IMG/VR virus record: IMGVR_UViG_3300043409_000680
Span: 9,634 to 73,633 of that record
Length of the DNA stretch: 64,000 nt
Origin: a virus
Reading direction: 5' to 3' (one strand)
The notes below the pieces were generated by a model that saw only the letters and a list, made by a program, of their open reading frames with translations, was not told the origin of the DNA and ran no database searches. A program made the position numbers and the translations under genes. Shown piece by piece: positions 10,301 to 20,600 of the stretch. Within the stretch, counting starts at the first letter, position 1; each line of letters begins with the position of its first letter.

Positions 10301-10480
10301 AAAGAAGCAGAGAAAGTACGCAATGCTGTCTCCCCTTCTGGTGGGAGCACTGCTAATATTAACGTTAATATGAAAGTTACTCTTAACAATTCTTCTCCAC
10401 AACAAGCTCAACAACTTCTAGCCTTCTTTAAAAAGCAGTTGAAGGAAGAACTTAAAAGTGAAGGGTTAGGTATATTCTAA
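7301..10480 (+). CDS. tape measure protein with M23 peptidase and lysozyme-like transglycosylase domains
   Basis: Ala/Gly-rich; HSGID and GPHVHFE (M23); AVALAESGG...GMFQIN...WSTY (SLT-like). Confidence 0.88.
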   Translation: MDNTGSSPSAAGNMITASDAGSLGFAVVDKSITSMNKGIFATLKNSQLIEKTWKSIHKFASMSARIFGITGRGGGASSLGMGAMPNTGPLSGQQKLGLAAGIGTTAAVAAPALFMGLMPNTMAAVTQRMAAETTAGVSGMAPRQMILGANKIIARGNGATSAYSPTMAASAMLYQGGVAFGSKGSKNIFGALSGLSALTGGTNEQIAGGYASWNSNNMFSLGIRTRDSKGEQRKPHEIINELWRVMYGGKKVTKEQVAIVFTPGSPSNLTVMNAANGSPEMFSVLANGLLAKATTSGEVRNLTAKSLASSGAALDLAGVPKNSIFRANFRNNTAQNKALGATEKGLSEGYMSAVNLNASATQNMAGFAQEIQGATDALMKFKGFLQTMPSTGGVGGGIASAVQTAGSFALQMAVMKKMMGGGPLFVGPKGGGGAKPSGLLGPNGMPLAAATTTAAGPGFMSFLTRGGKLTPTGVLGAGSVASKVGRAGLALGVYAGGEFLQKWLNKKGKNLPGWAKWAGNFAYDLGQGALTGLAAGGLPGAIAGTAAGGIGNLATGTGMGGDNPSAGSSSGGKTSGLTLQPPVKGPISSDFGPRQAAHDKNPEVSAKHSGIDYAVPVGTSVAAAGDGIVTETGLHRQYGNYVIIKHGRKSTLYAHLSKIMVGTGKRVKGGETIALSGGRKGSSGAGSSTGPHVHFEVRNNGGVAAQGRENPHGFFGQLVSSLKSAGTTGLNMIKKAVNTVTGKDIFSYSNTASNENPFDFSRTSDVIGINNTSIASAMKYAYRSGAPISFADIQGSTEGGGAGSYSFNAKIPGKNGEFINTNVNANVDPGINKVSGDKGGMGGGSRAGLIRLLYNAGFKGKALETAFAVALAESGGRTHAHNGVAPDDSYGMFQINMIGDLKGARLSKKWRSADGSKFKLSNVEDLYDPMLNAKVAYHMTKHGTNWSRWSTYTGGKFVEFLDDARTAAIKAKIPSYDVGTKRVPKDQIATVHKDEMILTAKEAEKVRNAVSPSGGSTANINVNMKVTLNNSSPQQAQQLLAFFKKQLKEELKSEGLGIF

Positions 10481-12003
10481 TGGCCTATGTGTATGACGTT
10501 ACGGCTCGGGAGTATGATAATACAACCGCCACGCTAGGCGGCACTGCTTTAAATGGAAGCCCTAAAGTAAGCGTAAGCTCTGTAATTAGGTACATAGTTA
10601 AAATCTATGAATCAGATGGTACTACCAGATACAGTGGTACGGGTGTAAGTGTACATTGGGGAGTTGTTGCTAGTCAACCTAAAAATATTACTTGGGAAGA
10701 TTATTTTAAGGTAAAAGGGATGCCGGATAATCTTAACTTTGTGGCAGATATTTCAGGTAAGGGCCCATCTACAATAACCCCAACTTTTACAGTGGAAGTA
10801 AATGGAGACGCAGCTACTTTACAGGGATCAATTGCTACTCCTATCTTTACTTTAGCTACTGTTACTACACTACCTACAGTACCAAGCCAAATTACCGCTG
10901 ATTTAGTTGGTACTAACTCTTCTACAAAGGATGTTTACTATAATCCTTGTCCAGATGCGGTAAATAATGTGTGGGCAGCGGATATTAAAACTTTATCTGG
11001 CCTTACCTATAACCATGTAATTAAGTTTTATAAAAAAGATGGAAGTGCTGGTGCTACAGCAATATCCTATGGAACAGAGTATCAAAGGGTTTTAAAATAC
11101 CTTCTTGATTTTAAATCTGGAATTTTTTGCCCGTCAAATAGAAAAGCTATAACAGGATCTAGTTCTTTTAATACAACAGCCTATACTGGACCTAGATGGA
11201 ATCCCCCTAATCATAAAGGCACACGTGGGGACTCCCATGGAGAACGTACAGCAGGTGGTCATGCAGCAAAAGATACGAGACTTGGATACATGTACTCTAA
11301 TACAGATTATAAGAGCAGTACACTTAATAAGCCTGTTTTAATGTCAACCACTGGCAAATCTCCAATTGCTGAAAACGCTGCGTGGGGATTTAGATTTCAT
11401 TATAATCCTGGTGACTTTAGTTATCAAACTTCTGTAATGGAGGGTTTAAATATAGAATCAATTCAAAAAGACCCTACTCTTATAGTACCTGGTAATACTA
11501 GTATTACTTTAGGTCTTGTATTAAACCGCCAATTAGATATGCACTTGCTGGACCCAGCAAACCCAGAACGTTCTAAATGGGCTAGTCATTATGAAACAAG
11601 CTCTGTTCGTGGATCTTTGACAGAAGATCAATTAAATAACTTTTGGACTAGAGGTACGGAGTATGATTTAGAGTTCTTTTATAGAATTGTGTCTGCTATG
11701 GAACCAACTAAACGAACTCTATTAACAAATGGGGATATTACTTCAGATCTTGGGTTTGTAACCGTACAGCCCTTTTGGTTAACACTCCATGATAATATGA
11801 ACTACTTTGTCAAGTTACAGAATATTAGTGTTTTTCATAGAGCATTTACAAAGAATATGGTTCCATACTTAACTGAAGTTACTTTAACAATGACACGAAT
11901 GATGACACCAGAGCTTAATGTTACAGACATTGTAAATAAAACTACTGTTTCATATGATCCTCGTTCTGGTTTAAAGGTAGATTTTAACGGAGGTACGCCA
12001 TGA
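10480..12003 (+). CDS. baseplate / tube-initiator-like protein
   Basis: GFRFHYNP, RGTEYDLE, FTKNMVP motifs; follows the tape measure. Confidence 0.6.
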   Translation: MAYVYDVTAREYDNTTATLGGTALNGSPKVSVSSVIRYIVKIYESDGTTRYSGTGVSVHWGVVASQPKNITWEDYFKVKGMPDNLNFVADISGKGPSTITPTFTVEVNGDAATLQGSIATPIFTLATVTTLPTVPSQITADLVGTNSSTKDVYYNPCPDAVNNVWAADIKTLSGLTYNHVIKFYKKDGSAGATAISYGTEYQRVLKYLLDFKSGIFCPSNRKAITGSSSFNTTAYTGPRWNPPNHKGTRGDSHGERTAGGHAAKDTRLGYMYSNTDYKSSTLNKPVLMSTTGKSPIAENAAWGFRFHYNPGDFSYQTSVMEGLNIESIQKDPTLIVPGNTSITLGLVLNRQLDMHLLDPANPERSKWASHYETSSVRGSLTEDQLNNFWTRGTEYDLEFFYRIVSAMEPTKRTLLTNGDITSDLGFVTVQPFWLTLHDNMNYFVKLQNISVFHRAFTKNMVPYLTEVTLTMTRMMTPELNVTDIVNKTTVSYDPRSGLKVDFNGGTP

Positions 12004-12281
12004 TAACTAGACTTTCACGCTATTTTAATGGAAAGTTATTTCAACCAAAACACAAGTATACAAGTGTACAAAATATTGTTGTAGACCGAACGTTTCCTTA
12101 CTTTCAAAAAATAAGTTATCTTGATTACACCTGGATTTATGGAGATAGTTTAGGAGCATTAGCAGAAAAATATTTAGGGAATTCAAAGCTATGGTGGAGA
12201 ATTATGGAGATTAATCAAGAGATTAGTGATCCATTCTCTATAGCTCCCGGCACTGTAATTAGGATTCCATATGGCTCTTGA
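12000..12281 (+). CDS. LysM/gpX-like baseplate protein
   Basis: GDSLGALAEKYLG...WWRIMEIN...PGTVIRIP. Confidence 0.85.
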   Translation: MITRLSRYFNGKLFQPKHKYTSVQNIVVDRTFPYFQKISYLDYTWIYGDSLGALAEKYLGNSKLWWRIMEINQEISDPFSIAPGTVIRIPYGS

Positions 12282-13110
12282 TCCAAAACTTGCTGCCAAG
12301 ATTACCGTAACTGATGCGGATGATAGTGCTTTTGCTGTTGAATTTCCTAAATCACCTGATATTCAGTTTTTCTTAGTAAGTGCTAACTTGCATCAAGCTG
12401 CCGAAAGACATGAACGCCTTACTCTATACTTTAAAGGTGTTCCAACAGATCAAACTATGTCAATAGCTGCAGATGACCCTGTAATTTTTAAATACAGACG
12501 TGGTTTAGAGAGCGCTACTTTTAACGGCTATGTTCACAGTATCACACAGGAAAACACTCAAAATAATAATGAGACCTCTGTGACTTGTGTAGGCGCAACA
12601 TACTATATGAAAGACACAGATCAGCAAATCTATAAGAATGTTAGCGCTGATCAAGTTGTATCAAAAATTGCAAGGAAATACGGGTTTACACCAATTACTC
12701 AAATACACCCTAGAAAGAGAAAATCTATTGTTCAAGCTGGATTAACCGACTGGCAAATGCTTACTAGCCTTGCTAGACAAACTGGTTATGCCCTATATTC
12801 ATCTAATACATTTCTTGTCTTTATGTCTAAGGACAAGATTTATAATGATAAAAAAGTTAACGCCCCATACTTTTTTTATGTATCAGAAGAAGATGCTCCT
12901 ACTACACCTTTTGGATTGCGTATGTACGGAACTATTCTTAATTATACTATTGAAGTATCAGATCAATCACCAGAGTCAGGAAGAGTAGTTGATCGAGTTC
13001 TTACTGGACGCAACAATCTTACAGGCACTGCTATTAAAGACACAATAGTATACACAAAACCTGCTTCTGGAACAAGTGCTGCTATACCTGGGGAGACTTA
13101 CTTTGAATAA
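12271..13110 (+). CDS. baseplate hub (gpD/gp27-like), N-terminal part
   Basis: FNGYV, YKNVSADQVVSKIA, Q..TDWQML..LA..GY. Confidence 0.75.
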   Translation: MALDPKLAAKITVTDADDSAFAVEFPKSPDIQFFLVSANLHQAAERHERLTLYFKGVPTDQTMSIAADDPVIFKYRRGLESATFNGYVHSITQENTQNNNETSVTCVGATYYMKDTDQQIYKNVSADQVVSKIARKYGFTPITQIHPRKRKSIVQAGLTDWQMLTSLARQTGYALYSSNTFLVFMSKDKIYNDKKVNAPYFFYVSEEDAPTTPFGLRMYGTILNYTIEVSDQSPESGRVVDRVLTGRNNLTGTAIKDTIVYTKPASGTSAAIPGETYFE

Positions 13111-14371
13111 ATCTCCTTTTACAAATGTCTTACCTAATGCTACGCCAAAGGCAAAGTTTAAACGGCATCAAGTTCATGAGGTCATTGATAACTTAAGTGA
13201 TGCTAGGCATATAGGTAGAGACTACGCTTTAGCTACTAGATACACTCACCGTATGTTAGTAACTATTGCCGCTTCTCCTAATATTCGCCCTTACGACCCA
13301 ATTTACCTAGACGGTTTATTAAATGGTTTATCAGGATATTGGACAGTATTAGAAGTTCAACATCTTTTTAACTCTCCACAAGCTAACTACACTATGAAAC
13401 TACTAGTGGGAGCAGATGTACTTGGTGATGTCAACCCAAATGCTGGGGAAGCTTCTCAATTAAGAAACCTAAATGATTCTTTAATAAACCAAAATATCAC
13501 AGAAAGCGCCTCTACTTTACTAGACACTTCCTTTAGTACTCCAGTAGATGCTGCTAACACATCTTCTTTATCTTTAATCACTAGTGATGTAGTTGCTCCT
13601 GTGGGGATGTTTATGATTAGTAGTACCCCTACCACTGAACTGGTTTCAACACCTACACCTGATTTCTCTATTGTTAAACGCCCAGTTTCCTGGCAAAGCC
13701 CTACACAAACAACTCTTACAACAACACCAACAGCCTCTGCGATGCCTAGCACATCTGCTACGGCAACAGTACCGACTCTTACAAGCGTATCTGCCGTAGT
13801 CAATACCGGTACAACCTATAATGCCGGCACAGTAACAGTAACTGTAGCCCCACAGACTACTGGTGGCTCAGACATTACCCTATACACCGTTACGACTACA
13901 CCTACAACAAGCACATTTACAAGCACTACCTCAACTGTTACTGTTACTGGCCTGTCTTCTAATACTTCATATGTATTTAAAGGCAAGGCAACTAACGCAG
14001 TAGGTAACTCGACTATCCTTTCAAGCTCTAATACATTAGTAACAACTACGCCTCAGGCACCTACTATTGGTGCAGCTACTAAGATTAATGGGACTACGGT
14101 GACCGTAGCCTACACCGCAGGAAACACAGGGGGCTCTGCAATAACTGGATACACTGTGGTATCAAGCCCAAGCGTGAGTGGACTTATAGTTACTGGGGGA
14201 TCTGGTATACTGAGTGTGTCTGGGGCATTTGCTAAAAATACGTCGTATACTTTTACCGTTGCTGCAGTAAATGCAAACGGCACGGGGGCGTATAGTGGCT
14301 CTTCTAATGCAGTTACAGGATTAGGGTCATCTAGTATGACCAACGCTAAAGTTTACTTTATGAAGGGATAG
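13103..14371 (+). CDS. hub C-terminal barrel fused to a Thr-rich linker and two FN3 domains
   Basis: IRPYDPIYLDG...SGYWTVLEVQH, then FN3 motifs; TTG at 13103 preceded by GGGAG. Confidence 0.65.
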   Translation: MNKSPFTNVLPNATPKAKFKRHQVHEVIDNLSDARHIGRDYALATRYTHRMLVTIAASPNIRPYDPIYLDGLLNGLSGYWTVLEVQHLFNSPQANYTMKLLVGADVLGDVNPNAGEASQLRNLNDSLINQNITESASTLLDTSFSTPVDAANTSSLSLITSDVVAPVGMFMISSTPTTELVSTPTPDFSIVKRPVSWQSPTQTTLTTTPTASAMPSTSATATVPTLTSVSAVVNTGTTYNAGTVTVTVAPQTTGGSDITLYTVTTTPTTSTFTSTTSTVTVTGLSSNTSYVFKGKATNAVGNSTILSSSNTLVTTTPQAPTIGAATKINGTTVTVAYTAGNTGGSAITGYTVVSSPSVSGLIVTGGSGILSVSGAFAKNTSYTFTVAAVNANGTGAYSGSSNAVTGLGSSSMTNAKVYFMKG

Positions 14372-14374
14372 AAG

Positions 14375-14704
14375 ATGGCTAGCGGACTTTTAGGAAAAGC
14401 TATACCGGCTCTTAATACGTGGAATAACGTATACACCGTTCCAACAGGAACATTAGCTAGTATAAGCATTAATGCGTGTAATCAGTCAACTACTGTTCCG
14501 GCAACCATTGATATAGTAATTTCTACCTCCTCTACTTTAGGAGGAATAACAACTAGCGAATATCTAATGGCTGCTACTGCTCTACCTGTATCCTCGGTAA
14601 TTGAGCGTAGCGGTCTTGTTACTGATGATGTAAACGGAAAATACGTTTGGGTCAGGGCGTCTACTGCAAACGTATCATTTCAAGTATACGGGTATGAGGA
14701 GTAA
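14375..14704 (+). CDS. small beta-rich virion protein, paralog-like of 148-474
   Basis: MASGLLG...VYTVP...SINACNQ...VSFQVYGYEE. Confidence 0.6.
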   Translation: MASGLLGKAIPALNTWNNVYTVPTGTLASISINACNQSTTVPATIDIVISTSSTLGGITTSEYLMAATALPVSSVIERSGLVTDDVNGKYVWVRASTANVSFQVYGYEE

Positions 14705-14706
14705 AA

Positions 14707-15144
14707 ATGAATGAGCTTGAATATAACCTAGATCCTCAAGGCCGTATACGTTTTCCCGGAGTATATTCTGCTAAAGTTATTTCTATTAACGACCCTTTAA
14801 ATAAAAGCCGTATTCAAGTAACAGTTGACCAGCCTACTGGTTCAAAGGTAACCTCTTGGGCACAGGCTTGTTTACCCGTTCATCAAAACGCTATTCACCC
14901 TGATCACAACCCCCACTTAGCTACTTTTACTACCACTTCTGCTGGAGATCCCTCTCATACCCATAGCGTAACAGTATCTTTTGATAACCATGCCCACGTA
15001 GCCTCAACAGATCCCCAAGAAACTGATACCGTGAACGAGCATACAGCACACCGAATTATCCCTAGAATAGGACAATTAGTATGGGTCATGTTTATAGCAG
15101 GAGACCCTGATCACCCAGTCTGGATAGGAGTGCAGCATGACTAA
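14707..15144 (+). CDS. baseplate spike (gp5/gpV OB fold) with His-rich insert
   Basis: GVYSAKV...DPLNKSRI...P.IGQLVWVMFIAGDPDHPVWIG. Confidence 0.85.
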   Translation: MNELEYNLDPQGRIRFPGVYSAKVISINDPLNKSRIQVTVDQPTGSKVTSWAQACLPVHQNAIHPDHNPHLATFTTTSAGDPSHTHSVTVSFDNHAHVASTDPQETDTVNEHTAHRIIPRIGQLVWVMFIAGDPDHPVWIGVQHD

Positions 15145-15529
15145 AGCGATAAACTTTCCGTTTAACTTTAGAGGCAATGGCACACTTATTGAAACTGAGG
15201 ACATAGCTAAGATTTATGTAGACAGAGTACTGACACTCTTGTCTACAAATACCGGTCAGCGCCCCATGGCTCAAACCTATGGCACAGACCTTTCTGAGGC
15301 GTTATTTGAAAATGATAACAAATTAGAAGCAGCTGTAAAGGAAGCGGTTACCTCTTCTTTAAATAGATGGATTCCAGAGGTTGTGGCAGAGGAAATCATA
15401 GTCGGAATGCCTGATGAAACAGGCATTGCTGAAGTAGATATTCGGTTGCGTTTACCAAATAACGTAACTACAGCTGTACAGATAAACACTGCTATTTTCT
15501 ATGCTGACGGGAAGATTACACAACAATGA
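15137..15529 (+). CDS. baseplate wedge protein, gp25/gpW family
   Basis: LLSTNTGQRPM..YGT.L...LFE...RWIPEV. Confidence 0.9.
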   Translation: MTKAINFPFNFRGNGTLIETEDIAKIYVDRVLTLLSTNTGQRPMAQTYGTDLSEALFENDNKLEAAVKEAVTSSLNRWIPEVVAEEIIVGMPDETGIAEVDIRLRLPNNVTTAVQINTAIFYADGKITQQ

Positions 15530-17064
15530 CCAAATATCAGATTGACTACACCTCTAGAGACTTTGAGTCTATTAAAGCTGATCTAATTAAGATCATTAAC
15601 TACCGCACCAATAATGAGTGGGATTTGAATGACCCATCAGATTTGGGAGCAATTCTTATTGAGTCATTTGCTTATATGGGCGATATGGTTTCCTACTATA
15701 TTGATCGTGTTGCAAATGAGTCCTCTGTTATGACGGCTACAAAAGAAGAAAACCTTCTTAACTTTGCAACTCTTTATGGGTATAAACCATCTGGTCCTAC
15801 ATCAGCTACCGCAGACGTGACATTTACTAATATTGGAATAGCAAATATCGATATTCCTGTTGGAACTCAGGTTATTGGAAAGATCAACTATAACTCTTAT
15901 ACTGAAATTTATTTTGAAACTATTAACTCTGCCATTGGTCTTTTACCTGGTCAGAGCGTAACTCTTACTTGTCAAGAAGGTAAAACAGTAAATACTGATC
16001 GTCCTGATCTTATTGACCCAACAACAAATAAAGCCTTGCCAATTTCCTTAGGTACTTCCTCAGGAGCAGCTAATCAAGAGCTATCTCTCATTGATCTTAA
16101 TGTTGTTGATACATCCTTAAAAGTGTACGTAGGACAAGGCTCAGCATTTGTTGGTTGGACCTATGTAGATTCCTTACTAGATCATGGTCCTGGGGAGACA
16201 GTATTTACCACCCGCCGTAACTCTGATGGAACTGTTGTTGTTATCTTTGGAGATAGCGTTAATGGCGCTATTCCTCAAGCAAATGCTTTAATTAGTGCTG
16301 TGTATAAAGTAAGCGCTGGCTTTGTAGGAAATATTGGAAGTAACGTTCTTGCTGAAGTTACTTACCTTCCAGGAAATACAAATTCAGAAGCGGTTACTTA
16401 TCTTGAGGTTAATAACTCTGAAGCGGCTTATGGCGGAGCAGATGCGGACTCTTTTGACCAGTTACGAACAAAAATCAAAGCCGCTATTGCTACAAAAAGA
16501 CGTGCAATCACTCTTATTGACTATGAGTATCTGGCTTCTTTAGTTCCACAAGTAGGAAAAGTAAAGGCAGATTCTTCTGTTTATAGCTCTGTACAGATTT
16601 ACTTACAGACTCAAAATGATGGAAGTACCACCCCTGGAATTGTTAACAACGTTACTACTACTGTATGGGAAGATATCGCTACAAATATTTCTAGCTTTTT
16701 ATCTGATAAGATTCCTGCAGGAACAACAGTGTCAGTTCTTCCCCCTACATATTCTCCTATTTATTTAGATTTAAATATTACTATAGATAACGCGTACAAG
16801 CAAGCAACTGTAAAGCAAGATGTATATCGAGGACTTATCGGTTCAGAGGGACTATTTTCATATGACATGAATACCTTTGGCAGATCAATTACGTTATCCA
16901 GTGTAATTTCAAAGATTTCAGCAATTCCTGGAGTGACAGATGTTGAGATTACCCGTATGGATACTGGGTATGCTATTGTATTAGGCAATATAAACCTAGC
17001 TGTTGGGGAAATTGGATACCTTATTCCAGGCAATATAACCTTAACATCTACAGGGGGAATGTAA
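15526..17064 (+). CDS. baseplate wedge J/gp6-like protein
   Basis: DYTSRDF, FGDSVNGAIP, GGAD, RAITLIDYE, IPGV. Confidence 0.9.
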   Translation: MTKYQIDYTSRDFESIKADLIKIINYRTNNEWDLNDPSDLGAILIESFAYMGDMVSYYIDRVANESSVMTATKEENLLNFATLYGYKPSGPTSATADVTFTNIGIANIDIPVGTQVIGKINYNSYTEIYFETINSAIGLLPGQSVTLTCQEGKTVNTDRPDLIDPTTNKALPISLGTSSGAANQELSLIDLNVVDTSLKVYVGQGSAFVGWTYVDSLLDHGPGETVFTTRRNSDGTVVVIFGDSVNGAIPQANALISAVYKVSAGFVGNIGSNVLAEVTYLPGNTNSEAVTYLEVNNSEAAYGGADADSFDQLRTKIKAAIATKRRAITLIDYEYLASLVPQVGKVKADSSVYSSVQIYLQTQNDGSTTPGIVNNVTTTVWEDIATNISSFLSDKIPAGTTVSVLPPTYSPIYLDLNITIDNAYKQATVKQDVYRGLIGSEGLFSYDMNTFGRSITLSSVISKISAIPGVTDVEITRMDTGYAIVLGNINLAVGEIGYLIPGNITLTSTGGM

Positions 17065-17097
17065 TAATGATCATCTATAGAACGATAAGGAACTAAT

Positions 17098-17655
17098 ATG
17101 GTAGCCCAATTTCCAACACAGGTAAGAGTTTTTTCTAATAAAAAAGACTTAACTAATACTGTTATGGCAGATCACGTAAACGCTCTGCAAGAAGAAGTAA
17201 CAGCGATAGAAAACACACTTACTACTGATATCCTAACTTCTACCTATACTGGGGCTTTTGTTGCTACTACGGCTTGGACTACTTTACAGCAAAGACTGGT
17301 AAACATTGAAAAAGGTCTTGTTAATGGAGTACCTAATTCTCCATATGTAAGAACTGCTGGTGGCAGTACTCTAGCAAATAGTAGCGGTTTCGTAGGACTT
17401 AGCCTATCTACTAGTACTGGAACCAATAACTTAATATCAGCATTTGCATATGAGAATATTCCTGGGTTTAATGCTGGGGCATTAACATTTAACCTTAACT
17501 ATAATGGTATTCCAAAAGTAGGTACTGGAAATGTACTTTATGTAGGTGGAATGGACTATAATGCTTTATTAGCGTTAATAGCTGCGGCTCAAAACACAGC
17601 AGATTCTGCAATAATTTCGGGAGCTATCCACCCATTTGTATTATCAGGTATGTGA
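17098..17655 (+). CDS. putative tail fiber/structural protein
   Basis: ADHVNALQEEV.AIE N-terminal motif common in fiber-like proteins; SD AAGGA. Confidence 0.55.
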   Translation: MVAQFPTQVRVFSNKKDLTNTVMADHVNALQEEVTAIENTLTTDILTSTYTGAFVATTAWTTLQQRLVNIEKGLVNGVPNSPYVRTAGGSTLANSSGFVGLSLSTSTGTNNLISAFAYENIPGFNAGALTFNLNYNGIPKVGTGNVLYVGGMDYNALLALIAAAQNTADSAIISGAIHPFVLSGM

Positions 17656-17663
17656 TATAAAAA

Positions 17664-20600
17664 ATGGCAAAATATTCATATGATAAGTATGGTAATTTTA
17701 TATACGGAGAATCAAATCCGGAAACAAGCCCATACTATCAAGCTAATATAGTTGCAGAGTCGGTAGACTATAATACTATTAGAATTTTGTGGCAACCTAT
17801 AAGCCCAAATCCTGTAATTGGTACCCCTACCTGTTGGGCTTTAGTAAAAACATTTACTGGAAAACCAGATGATCCATATGATGGTCGTATTGTTATTGCA
17901 GATTCTATGGAAAGATATCAAACTTCATGGGTAGAAACCTTTGTAAATACTACTGATATAGAGATTAACTACTCTGTATGGGTATTTACTGAAGGATATG
18001 GTTGGACATTTTGTGGTAGTGCAAATGCACTTATTATTGCAAAGACTACTACTCCAGATTTAGTATCTAAATGGATACCTCGTGCATGGCAAAATGATAA
18101 AGAAGGTGTTGGAGATTCTGTAGGCGAGTACGAACTACAAGATCTTATGACAGCGATTACTGCGTACTCAATTGAATATGACAAATTTCGTTTAATGTCA
18201 AAAATGCTAGAAAAGGTAAATACTTCCAAGTATATTACTAATAACTATGCTTCTACTAAACTATTAGATTTTGGCTTTTCTTATGAGCCTAATTTGGGTG
18301 ACCCTTACTATCGAACTTTAGCTATTTCTGGTGAAAAAATTAACAGCCTTAAGGGAACAACAGAAGGTATTTCTCAATACATAACTGCTCTTACCCACAT
18401 ACAAAACAAAATAGAAATTGGCCATAACTTAATTCTTGACTACAATGACTCCTCTTTTGAAGAGAGCACTGGTAGATGGGGACCCAATATTGCTTGGACA
18501 ACCTATACGATAGAAGGCATTACCCCTCCTTCCCCAAATCTTTATGATATTGAAGCATTGCCTAGATCAGTAGGTTTAGGAAAAGTAACGTCAGGATCAA
18601 ATTTAGTATTGGAACTTCCTTATTTACCATTAGCTACAACAATAGGTGGAGTTATTGATGGGTATTCCCAAATGATTCCAGTAAATCCAGGAACTAGGTA
18701 TATATTTACTGGGTGGATTAAATCTGCTTCCTCATTTTCAATTCGAACAGAAATTCAATGGTATAACTCTAAAGGACAGGGTATTTCTACCACTCCAGTT
18801 AATTCTACTACTACTATTGCTGCAGGTAGTTGGACAGAGTTTAAGTCAGTATCTGATGCATATAGAAATGGTCAAATAGCGCCACCTGGTGCAAGATTTG
18901 CTTTAATTTCCCTTAGTACTACGGGAGCATATCCAACTTTTTATATAGACATGTGTCAGTTCTGTGAATGGCAGCACAGCCTTTCATATGAAGACCCAAG
19001 ACTTATTAAAATTTACCTTCGTGGACAAGAAGAAAACTTACTGCTTAATTCGTCTTTTAAAGAGGGTATTGGTGGTTGGTTTGGAAAAAATGTTCAGCTA
19101 ACTCATGACCAAAGCTCTGGATCTGGTTCTTTAGGAATATATCCTCTTGAAACAATACAACCTTGGGGATATTGGAATCAAATAAGTTCATTAATTCCTT
19201 ATACAGGATCAATTGTTTGGTCAGATTGGGTGGAAGTAGACCCTGGCATTTCTTATACTTTTAGTATTAATAAAGATCAAAATCTTACAAACAAAATTAT
19301 ATTGGGTATTGAATTTTCTAACGTTAGCAGTGAAGAAAATCAATCCTATGTTACTTTACTTGGCGATACTCTTTACTATGATAGTTTTGAAACAGCAAAC
19401 AAAAATAAACTTGAGGAACTATTTTATGATGTAACTACTCATACTATTAAAGCTTCTCCAAATGTTTTTTTTCAAGCTGGTGATTCTGTAACTATTATTG
19501 GTGCTAGTAACGCACTATTTAATGGAACTTGGACGGTTTCTAGTGCTGACACAACAGGTTTTTACATAAATAACGTATATTATGCTATTAATGCTAATTT
19601 ACTTGAAGTTACTAATGCATATGCTGTCGGCACTACAAAAATTTACGGTAATGTTAATGAAGAGGTATATCGTTATAATAATGAGATATCTCCGGATACT
19701 ACATCTGTTACGGCAGTCGCCCCACCCAAGACAAAAGATTCTGGAAAACCATACGCTCGTGTGTACATGCTTGGTGTTAATCAGTATGAATATCTAACTA
19801 TAAAAAATGCTAGGTTTGCCCCTACTCTTATTGAAGACCGTAGTCAAGTAAAGGGTGATATTGTTTCACTTAATCCAACGTATAATACTATTTATTTTGA
19901 TGGTAACGGAAATGATCCAGACGATATAGTTACTGGTTTTGATCCTATAACTACTCAATATTTTAATACAGAAGGCTGTTTTTGGGAAACATCTAAGCGA
20001 TATAACTTTGTTAACAATTCTAATTTTGAAACTAACATTACTGGATGGTCTGCTGTAGGAAGTAGCGTACTATCTAGCAACACATCCTCTGGATATAGTG
20101 GAACAAAATCTCTTAAGGTAACTGGTAGCTCAGGAAGTGCTGGTGGAGCAACTACTACGGTTTATCTTCCATATCCTGCAGTTGGTGGAGAATCTGTAGC
20201 TATCTCAGCTTATGTAAAAGGTGCGTTAGGAACATTTTCTATAACAAGCCCAGATGCAAATGCTTTTCCTTATTCAGGAGATAAGTCTTTTTATTTAGAC
20301 GCAACTCAAGCAACCTCATGGACAAGAATTGATAATGTTATTACATTAAATCAAAACCAAACTAGTTTTACATTAAATGTCAACTCTGTTCTTGATTCTG
20401 GCTCTACTATTTATAGTATTGATGCAGTACAGGCTGAGTGGGGTCAGGTGCCATCACACTTTATTACACTAACTGATCCTGGAACTTTTTCTTTCCCTAA
20501 TCCAAATCAGACATCTAATACACTATGGTCTGCTTATAATCAAAATATTAATAACGGTAAAAGCTCATACATCTCAGAATGGGGCGTTAAGTTTAATCGT

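Noticed and set aside
4072-17064. Bacterial contractile injection system or tailocin
   Set aside because: Embedded with phage replication, lysis and early genes, with no host housekeeping context
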